DNA from: Nitrospinales bacterium
Lineage (GTDB): Bacteria > Nitrospinota > Nitrospinia > Nitrospinales > VA-1
NCBI GenBank assembly: GCA_965262115.1
Contig: OZ253496.1
Span: 640,001 to 704,000, forward strand
DNA length: 64,000 nucleotides
Direction: 5' to 3'
Positions 56,995 through 64,000 of this stretch are shown one piece after another (position 1 is the stretch's first letter; each line of letters begins with the position of its first letter). Under the pieces are notes generated by a model, which worked only from the letters and a program-made list of their open reading frames with translations, was not told where the DNA came from and did no database searches. The translations under genes were made by a program, and so were the position numbers.

Positions 56995-57171
56995 TCAGGC
57001 CGCTAACGACGAAAAATGATCTTTCCGAACAGAGTCGTTGAGATCATTACTGAATTCCTTCTTGGCCCTCTCTCGATCATAGGCTTTTTTGTTATCCTGC
57101 CTTTTCACATGATAACGTTTGCTTTGCAGTTGTTTCACCACAAAGTCGACTGGCTTCTTTATGATCTTCAT
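56995..57171 (-). CDS. 58-aa basic protein, candidate ArfA-like ribosome rescue factor
   Basis: AAGGAGGT RBS, near-consensus promoter; MKIIKKPVDFVVKQLQSKRYHVKRQDNKKAYDRERAKKEFSNDLNDSVRKDHFSSLAA. Confidence 0.75.
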   Translation of the reverse strand: MKIIKKPVDFVVKQLQSKRYHVKRQDNKKAYDRERAKKEFSNDLNDSVRKDHFSSLAA

Positions 57172-57213
57172 AAAGCACCTCCTTCTGGATTAATAAAATA
57201 AGGTTAAGTGTTG

Positions 57214-57242
57214 AGTATAAATCTGGAGAATTAGTTTGTCAA
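57214..57242 (-). promoter_or_regulatory. sigma70 promoter of the 58-aa gene
   Basis: TTGACA-17-TATACT. Confidence 0.85.
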
Positions 57243-57266
57243 TCAACCGGGACAGTGACAATCTTA

Positions 57267-57575
57267 TTATTCCAGACGATCTTTGAGCCGGACCAACATA
57301 TCCATGCGTTCATGAAGAATGGCAAATATGATTGGCTTCTCCCCTTCTCGAATCAGGTAAAAAACGAAATGATGTTCACAGCGAACCACACATGCGTCTG
57401 GAAATTTTTCTAAAAAGGTCCGGAGAACAACTTTTTTCTTCGCAATATTTTTGCAACATTGGCTGATTTTCCCCAAATAGATTCTGGCCTGAGCATCACC
57501 CCATTGTTCAATTGTGTGTCGGGCGATTTCCTCCAGGTCGGCTTCTGCGTCACGGGTTAATTCATAAACCCGCAT
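57267..57575 (-). CDS. ParE/RelE-family toxin
   Basis: YELTRDAEADLEEIARHTIEQWG, HFVFY, ILHERMD; TAATG coupling. Confidence 0.9.
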   Translation of the reverse strand: MRVYELTRDAEADLEEIARHTIEQWGDAQARIYLGKISQCCKNIAKKKVVLRTFLEKFPDACVVRCEHHFVFYLIREGEKPIIFAILHERMDMLVRLKDRLE

Positions 57576-57838
57576 TATTTTTGATCCTGCCAAACATCCT
57601 CAAAAATCTGTTCAACCGACCGGGGCGAAAACTCTCCTCTCCTTGCGGACTCAATACGCGGCTCCAGAAAATCTTCCAGTTTACGGAGGGCTGCATCCTC
57701 AGGCATGGAACCCATATCTGGGAACGGTGGCAAGACACGTCCGAGAACGTAATCTTTGATGGTTTTGCCTTGGAGCGCGGCAACGGCTTTCAACCGTTTA
57801 TGTTGCTCCGGGGTTACTTCAATGGATAGACGGCCCAT
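57575..57838 (-). CDS. cognate antitoxin (RHH-like)
   Basis: RLSIEVTPEQHKRLKAVAALQGKTIKDYV. Confidence 0.85.
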   Translation of the reverse strand: MGRLSIEVTPEQHKRLKAVAALQGKTIKDYVLGRVLPPFPDMGSMPEDAALRKLEDFLEPRIESARRGEFSPRSVEQIFEDVWQDQK

Positions 57839-58047
57839 TTATTTTTCTCCTGATTCATAACCATTCCTTACCCACACTAGCATATTTCACCACAAATACG
57901 AAGAATGAACATTTACACACACCTGGGAAAATGCAATTATCGTATAGGCTGGCTTCCTTTTATGCTTTGCAGGCCCACCAAGAAAATAAATGGCCAATCT
58001 TTTCCACCCCACCTGAAAATAAAGTTCACAAAAAAAGGAGAAAAAAC

Positions 58048-58908
58048 ATGACAACAGTAATTGCAACAATCAACCTTAAAGGTGGGGTGGGGAAATCAAC
58101 TGCTACGGTTGCTATCGGCGAGCTTCTTTCAGAGGCCTTCCACAAGCGCGTCCTTATTATTGATCTAGACCCGCAAACAAATGCAACCATAATGCTGATT
58201 GGAGAAGAAAAGTGGGGTGAACTCAATAATAAGAAACACACTCTTGCAACTTTGTTTGAGGATGCTCTGAAAGAAACTCAAAATTTTGACTTAGACCAGA
58301 CTCTACAAAAGAGGGTCTCAGCCGTGCATGATGTCTGGACACTTGACCTCATTCCATCAAGTCTTGACCTTATCGATGTACAGGACAATTTAGCCTCAAT
58401 GCCAAGCGGTCGATTCCATGCTAATAGTCCTATCGAAATTTTGAACAGAGCAATTAAGCCAATCATTGAAGACTATGATTACGTCCTCATTGATTGCCCT
58501 CCAAACCTGGGGTTGATTACCCTGAATGGCCTTCGAATATCTAATGGCTACATCATACCTACTATTCCTGACGTATTGTCCACCTATGGTATTCCCCAAA
58601 TAATCAAGCGAGTCAGTGAATTTGCTAAGAGTATTGGGGAATCCATTGATCCTTACGGGATCGTAATCTCTAAATTCCAAGCAAATTCATCTATTCACCA
58701 ACGAATAAGAAAGCAACTTCGCACAAACGCCGAGAAAGACTCAACAAAACACCCTATGGTTTTTAAAAACCGAATCCCTCAGGCCGATGCTATAGCCGCC
58801 GCCGCAGAGTATAACCCGACAAGCACCTTGAGGCAGAAGTATAGCTACCAAGGACGCTATGATATTTTTTGTTTCCTTGCTAAGGAGATCATGGAGGTAG
58901 CGGACTAA
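58048..58908 (+). CDS. ParA/Soj-family ATPase (orphan)
   Basis: NLKGGVGKST, IDLDPQTNAT, IDCPPNLG; AGGAG RBS. Confidence 0.92.
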   Translation: MTTVIATINLKGGVGKSTATVAIGELLSEAFHKRVLIIDLDPQTNATIMLIGEEKWGELNNKKHTLATLFEDALKETQNFDLDQTLQKRVSAVHDVWTLDLIPSSLDLIDVQDNLASMPSGRFHANSPIEILNRAIKPIIEDYDYVLIDCPPNLGLITLNGLRISNGYIIPTIPDVLSTYGIPQIIKRVSEFAKSIGESIDPYGIVISKFQANSSIHQRIRKQLRTNAEKDSTKHPMVFKNRIPQADAIAAAAEYNPTSTLRQKYSYQGRYDIFCFLAKEIMEVAD

Positions 58909-59282
58909 TGGATATGAATGCGTTGTTAAAAGCGATTTTTGGAGAATTCCTGAAAGAATTCAAAACAAACCCGGGATTTAGAGACCGAATGACTAAACTA
59001 ATCGAAAAGCAAGATATTCGACCTGACAAAGACTCAAAGCGGTCGCATCGGAGAAAACCTGGGCCTTTTGATCCAATGGAGGTCTATCACAATCATCCAG
59101 AATTACTTAAAGGCAGATTGGAAGCCTTAGAGATCGATCAACTCAAGGATATAATTGCAGAACAAGGCATGGATCAAAGAAAGTTGGCCATGAAATGGAA
59201 GTCAAAAGACCGCCTGATTGAGCATATTATTGCATTGGTTACTAGCCGTGCGCAAAAGGGAGATGCTTTTCGGAATATGTAG
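58908..59282 (+). CDS. hypothetical protein coupled to ParA
   Basis: TAATG overlap, GGAGG RBS. Confidence 0.75.
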   Translation: MDMNALLKAIFGEFLKEFKTNPGFRDRMTKLIEKQDIRPDKDSKRSHRRKPGPFDPMEVYHNHPELLKGRLEALEIDQLKDIIAEQGMDQRKLAMKWKSKDRLIEHIIALVTSRAQKGDAFRNM

Positions 59283-59743
59283 CTGGTGGTAAGAAAACCT
59301 TTTCACAAACTGGGAGCCTTTATCTACCGTTTCAAAATACTCTGGGAAAAATATTTAGCCGGGAACTCGATATCAAGCCCGATGACATCAAACCTAAAGT
59401 TGGTCTGGGATCTTCCTTAAGCATACCTAACCAGGGAGTTGATGGGCAACAGAGGTAACATCCTATTTCCTTCAAGGTGGGAGAATGGTCGGGTGCTGAA
59501 AAATTAAAGATTTTTGGTTTTTGCAGCAGGAAAAACATTAATTTTTTGGCTCTAGTATTGACAAAGTCCCCTCCAGGCAGAATATTCCTTGTATAGGTTA
59601 GCAACGGTCGTTTCATAAGGGCGGGTCCGATCATTTGTTTTTCTCATGACCTCACCTCTCGATCCATAGCAAGGGCGAGAGGCCGAAAAACCAGAGACTC
59701 CCAAAGAAATGGCCAAACGGAAATTTAAATGGGAGTACGAAAG

Positions 59744-59884
59744 ATGAATGAATTGGACTCTTGGAATTTCTTCTCAATCAAGTGGGTCGAAGTCGCCGGT
59801 GATATAACTGGAATACAGGTGGTGCTAGTCATAGCTGTCATAGGATTGCTCGTAATTGCCTTTACCATGAAGCAAATCGAATAA
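59744..59884 (+). CDS. 46-aa single-TM peptide
   Basis: GGGAG RBS; MNELDSW...IQVVLVIAVIGLLVIAFTMKQIE. Confidence 0.45.
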   Translation: MNELDSWNFFSIKWVEVAGDITGIQVVLVIAVIGLLVIAFTMKQIE

Positions 59885-60028
59885 TTCAGACCTTAAAAAA
59901 GCCAGATTCTTTCTTTTTCTGAGAGATTGCCTTCACGGGTTGACTGGAGAAGTAATACGGTGTTTGAACTAATCTGACCTTTTATTGCATTAAAACCAGG
60001 TTTCTAATTAAAAAATAGGGGGTTCAAC

Positions 60029-60427
60029 ATGGCTAAAGGGAAAATTCTAATTGTTGATGACGAGCAGGATGTAAGAGATATTTTCTCAGATCGATTAGAA
60101 AAAGGTGGATACAACCCTATAGTGGCAGAAAACGGGGAAGAAGCTATTGCGCTCCTTCGTTCTGGCGACAATATGATAAATGTCGGACTTATCATGTGTG
60201 ACATTCGCATGCCAAAGGTAAACGGGATTGAATGCATCGCTTTCCTGAAACAAGAGGCGCCGGGAATCCCGGTGGTCGTTGTGACCGGGTATCCGGATCC
60301 AGATATGGCACGTGACCTAATAGCAAGAGGCATCAAGGAATATCTGGTCAAGCCCGTTGATAATGACACCATGATGAAAATGGTTAATAGAATTGTTGCG
60401 GAGGGAAAAGACTTTTCACTTGCTTAA
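60029..60427 (+). CDS. single-domain response regulator
   Basis: ILIVDDE, CDIRMPKVNG, TG, YLVKP. Confidence 0.92.
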   Translation: MAKGKILIVDDEQDVRDIFSDRLEKGGYNPIVAENGEEAIALLRSGDNMINVGLIMCDIRMPKVNGIECIAFLKQEAPGIPVVVVTGYPDPDMARDLIARGIKEYLVKPVDNDTMMKMVNRIVAEGKDFSLA

Positions 60428-60575
60428 CAAGAATCCATTCACCGAACTCATAGTATTGAAAATCTTTTTCTACCGCTTACTCAGGTTTCACTACGGGTTT
60501 AAAAATGGGAAGAAAATAAAGCGCTACGACCAGAATTAGGTGCAATCAATTTTCCCGGTTCAAATCTAAAACCCT

Positions 60576-60745
60576 TCAAGAGGGATTCCAAGTCTCTTTA
60601 ATAATTTTCCAGCTATTGCCTTCGTTTTCCCAGATCAGTTTCTTCCGTCCTATATCGGAAATCCTGTCTGATTTAAAGTCCTGAACAAAAGACATTTCTA
60701 TGGTCTCATCGTTTTGCTTCATCTCAATGTCGCTGACCTGGATGA
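60576..60745 (-). pseudogene. C-terminal fragment of an NTF2-like (L,D-transpeptidase-associated) domain
   Basis: SFVQDFKSDRISDIGRKKLIWENEGNSWKIIKE; no upstream body. Confidence 0.5.
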
Positions 60746-60819
60746 TGATTCCCGAGTTTCGGCGCAAAATAAAAAGGAAGGTTGTTTGTCAGTTTCCGAT
60801 TGAAGTGATTGACAACCTT

Positions 60820-61305
60820 TTAAAGCATTTTTTTTATGTAGGGCACCAATTTGTCAGCGCCAACGCCCTGAGTTCGGGTATTTAAAACTCCCTTTTGATC
60901 AATAATCAAAACCGTTGGCATATCCCTTTGCGAATAGGACTGATAAACCCCTTTCGCCGGATCGATTAAATAAGGAAACTGTACTTTTTCCGGGAACTTG
61001 CTGAGATAGTTCGCCACCGCTTCCCTGGAGTCGCCATTGGTATTGATCCCCAACACCACCACCTGATCTTCATTAAGCTGGTCTCTAACTTTATTAAATT
61101 CCATAGCTTGGTTCATGCAAGGAACACAAATATGGAACATACCTATTATAACCACCTTGCCTTTAAAATCTGACAATGCCATCTGTTTACCATCCATGGA
61201 TTTCAAGGAAAATTCAGGAGCCTGCTCCCCCGGTGAAGGCGCCCCTGCAAAAGCGGGAACCACCCCTAAAATCATGATAATCAATGAGAGAATTATTTTT
61301 CGCAT
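60820..61305 (-). CDS. TlpA/ResA-like thiol-disulfide oxidoreductase
   Basis: signal peptide, APEFSLKSMDG, LSDFKGK, CVPC, PTVLIID. Confidence 0.88.
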   Translation of the reverse strand: MRKIILSLIIMILGVVPAFAGAPSPGEQAPEFSLKSMDGKQMALSDFKGKVVIIGMFHICVPCMNQAMEFNKVRDQLNEDQVVVLGINTNGDSREAVANYLSKFPEKVQFPYLIDPAKGVYQSYSQRDMPTVLIIDQKGVLNTRTQGVGADKLVPYIKKML

Positions 61306-61783
61306 GATACACTCCATTTCATGGAATATTTTATTATGAAATCCACTCTTAAGAACGGATAGTTTTGCCTCTTATTCTATTTTAATTCAGGGCAAACTGA
61401 TTTGAAAGACATTTCAAAGAGACCAAAAATAGCAGCAATGTGAAGCCAAAACTCTCCCTTGACTTGGTGCAAATTTTATACTAAAAATCAGGTGTAATCC
61501 TTTAATTCTCTTAGGCTTTACGCTGAGATTCGAGCCTGATTCACAAGATAATGATTTTTGTCTCAAGAGACCTCATCCTTTGGGGTATATCCTTGGGAAT
61601 ATCTTCTTTTTCAATGGGTTAACTTAACAGCAGGCCGTCAAACAATAAATTGAGAGCCCCCATTGAAAGTATAATTATGAACGCTGGTTTTTATTAGACC
61701 TCGCAAATTTCTCAATGAAAAAATCGGAAAGCAACGATCACCTCCTTTTAAAGTTGCTAACTTTTGACACGAGGGTTTTAAGA

Positions 61784-62641
61784 ATGAAAAAAATATTGTT
61801 CCTCCCTAAAGTGTTGTTCGCCCTGGTCACGCTGTTGACCTTCTCCCTTCCAGCTTTTGCCTATCAGGAAATCAATGTTCAAAACGGAGGGACCATCAAG
61901 GGAAATGCTAAAATGATCGGCGGTATGCCTTTTCCCCGCCATTACCATCTGATATTGTTCCCCAATATTGATATGTGCGCGGAAGTGGATACCGATGATG
62001 AAATGAACCGGGTTCTCGATGACTTTAAAATTTCGAAGGATGGTGGGCTTAAAGATGTGGTCATCACCCTGAAACATGTTGAAGCCGGAAAGCCCTTCAA
62101 CAAAGAACCTATTGTGATCACTTCAGAAAACTGTAAATTTTTTCCGGATGTTAATGTCATCCGACAGGGCGAAGCTTTCAAGATAGACAATCTCGATGCG
62201 GTCATGCACAACAGCCAGGTCTACCAAAAGGAGAGAGGGAAAATCCTCTTAAACATCCCCATCCCCGCCGAAGAAGTTTCTGATGGAAAAGTCCAATTTA
62301 AAAAACATTACAAGATCATGCAAATGATTTGTGGAATGCACGAGTTCATGCAGACCTGGGGTTATCGGGTGCAAAATCCTTATTACTTCCAAACCGATAT
62401 TGATGGAAGCTTCAATATCGGAGATATTCCACCAGGAGAATATGAGGTCACTGCCTGGCACTATTTGATGAAAGTGCAAAAAAGGAAAATCAAAATCGCC
62501 GCAGGCGAAACAATCGACCTGAATTTTGAGTTTGACGGCGACAAGGTTACTCGGCCTTTCTACGAAACCATCAAATCTGGAAGAATCAAAAAAGATGCGG
62601 TTTATCCGGGAACCGCAAAAGGAAAAGAGCTGGGGCGCTAG
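61784..62641 (+). CDS. secreted carboxypeptidase-regulatory-like protein
   Basis: signal peptide, VQNGGTIKG, CGMHEFM, IPPGEYEVTAWH. Confidence 0.8.
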   Translation: MKKILFLPKVLFALVTLLTFSLPAFAYQEINVQNGGTIKGNAKMIGGMPFPRHYHLILFPNIDMCAEVDTDDEMNRVLDDFKISKDGGLKDVVITLKHVEAGKPFNKEPIVITSENCKFFPDVNVIRQGEAFKIDNLDAVMHNSQVYQKERGKILLNIPIPAEEVSDGKVQFKKHYKIMQMICGMHEFMQTWGYRVQNPYYFQTDIDGSFNIGDIPPGEYEVTAWHYLMKVQKRKIKIAAGETIDLNFEFDGDKVTRPFYETIKSGRIKKDAVYPGTAKGKELGR

Positions 62642-62642
62642 C

Positions 62643-64000
62643 TTGAAGCCATTCATAAAAGCCGGTATTTTCCATGAGCATGGAGTCATTCCCCTGCTCC
62701 TTTTCTGTTTTCTCGCGACATCTGCCCCCGCGTGGGGGTTCACCCCCCCTCCATCTGAAGATGTCCCTAAAATCTTTATCTTTAAAGATAAACCGATCGC
62801 TCTAAAAAGCCTGAGCAATCCTTTCAAAAAGGATCCAAAAGTTATCAAGGAAGGGGGAACCTTATACACCAAACATTGCTTTTTCTGCCACGGTGACTTA
62901 CTGGACGGCAACGGATTGTTCGGAAAAAGTTTTTTTCCGCCTCCGGCAGATTTTACCCGCCTCGACTCAATCCTCGCCCGGCCACAGGCCTATACCTTCT
63001 GGCGCATTATGAAAGGAGGCCAAGGTCTACCGGAAAAATACGATCCCTGGAACTCGGCCATGCCCGCCTGGGAAGACACCTTGAGTGTAAAAGACGTTTG
63101 GAAAATCATCACCTATATCTATGGAGTTGCTGGACAACGACACGCCAAGCCCGGCAAACAGGAGCCGCCTTCTCTGGAGAGAGGAAAACAGGTTTATCTG
63201 GAAAAATGCGCCTATTGCCACGGAGACAAGGGCAAGGGTGATGGCCCTGCAGCCGATTACTCCATGCCGCAACCGAGAAACCTGACTAAAGGCCATATAA
63301 AAATCCGTTCTACATCATTTGGCAAAATTCCAACCGATGAAGACTTGCTAAACGTCATCAACAACGGCTTGCGCGCAACCACCATGCCCGGATGGAAATA
63401 CCTGCCCGAAAATGATCGCAAGAGTCTGCTTATATTCATAAAGTCTTTATCCAAAAAATTTGAAAAGTTTAAGAAGAGAGGCAAAAGCCATAAAGTGATA
63501 AAGGTCGGCAAAGAACCCGCCCTGTCCGCGGAAAGTATAAAACGAGGCGAACCCCTGTTCCTGACTCAGTGTTCCGGGTGTCACGGCATAAAGGGGCGAG
63601 GAGACGGCGTGACCACACAACGCATTGTGGATTATTCATCGAGCGCCATCTGGCCGAGAAACCTGAGCCAGCCCTGGACCTTTCGCCGGGGCAGTACCCG
63701 CAGGGATATCTTCAAGACCCTGCGTACAGGACTCTCCACAACCGCCATGCCCAAGTTCTCACCAAGAGTATTCAAAGATGAACAGATTTGGGATATCGTC
63801 AACTACGTCAGCACCCTGGCTCCGCCCACTCAGCCCAAAATGCAAAGTCCCATTCGCGCTAAAAAAGTGGAAGGAGAAATTTCGGACGACCCCAACTCCC
63901 CTGTCTGGCAAGACGCGCAAGCCAGCTTTGTTCCTTTAGGGGGCCAACTTCAGGCAAAACCCAAATCTTATTTCCCGACAGTGCGCTACCTGATAATACG
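62643..64000 (+). CDS. multihaem c-type cytochrome (partial, runs off the window; absent from the ORF track)
   Basis: open frame from TTG 62643 with CFFCH, CAYCH, CSGCH. Confidence 0.85.
   Translation, partial: MKPFIKAGIFHEHGVIPLLLFCFLATSAPAWGFTPPPSEDVPKIFIFKDKPIALKSLSNPFKKDPKVIKEGGTLYTKHCFFCHGDLLDGNGLFGKSFFPPPADFTRLDSILARPQAYTFWRIMKGGQGLPEKYDPWNSAMPAWEDTLSVKDVWKIITYIYGVAGQRHAKPGKQEPPSLERGKQVYLEKCAYCHGDKGKGDGPAADYSMPQPRNLTKGHIKIRSTSFGKIPTDEDLLNVINNGLRATTMPGWKYLPENDRKSLLIFIKSLSKKFEKFKKRGKSHKVIKVGKEPALSAESIKRGEPLFLTQCSGCHGIKGRGDGVTTQRIVDYSSSAIWPRNLSQPWTFRRGSTRRDIFKTLRTGLSTTAMPKFSPRVFKDEQIWDIVNYVSTLAPPTQPKMQSPIRAKKVEGEISDDPNSPVWQDAQASFVPLGGQLQAKPKSYFPTVRYLII

Noticed and set aside
57016..57201. 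Plus-strand 61-aa ORF
   Set aside because: Shadow of the minus-strand gene, which has the promoter and RBS.
59332..59634. Minus-strand 100-aa ORF
   Set aside because: No motif recognised and no support beyond the open frame.

Overview
Bacterial chromosomal window. The gene content (multihaem cytochrome c, paralogous secreted carboxypeptidase-regulatory-like proteins) resembles Nitrospinota, which is an inference. The backbone is housekeeping: hpf-ptsN-ptsI-metK, tig, ispG, a yejABEF-like ABC system, msrAB, lipA, lptF, pyrG, kdsB, a cysteine desulfurase, cysE, scpA, rsmE, serB, rarA, argS, a multicopper oxidase and UDG. About ten genes look broken. The main non-coding findings: (1) a nest at 16.5-19.2 kb of MITE > IS3 > 41-bp mini-element > IS110, where the IS110 bridge RNA guides, core and junction promoter can be read directly because a second IS3 copy (55.2-56.5 kb) supplies the empty site; (2) a 38-41 bp mobile-looking element with a conserved GNA-triloop hairpin, in 5 copies, which is the programmed target of that IS110; (3) an unannotated 58-aa ArfA-like gene with a near-consensus promoter, a long 3' coding hairpin and a C-terminal LAA; (4) a DUF559 nuclease gene between perfect 41-bp inverted repeats; (5) a structured ~100-bp repeat family at gene 3' ends. 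No rRNA, tRNA or CRISPR array was seen. All family assignments come from motif recognition by eye, not database searches.
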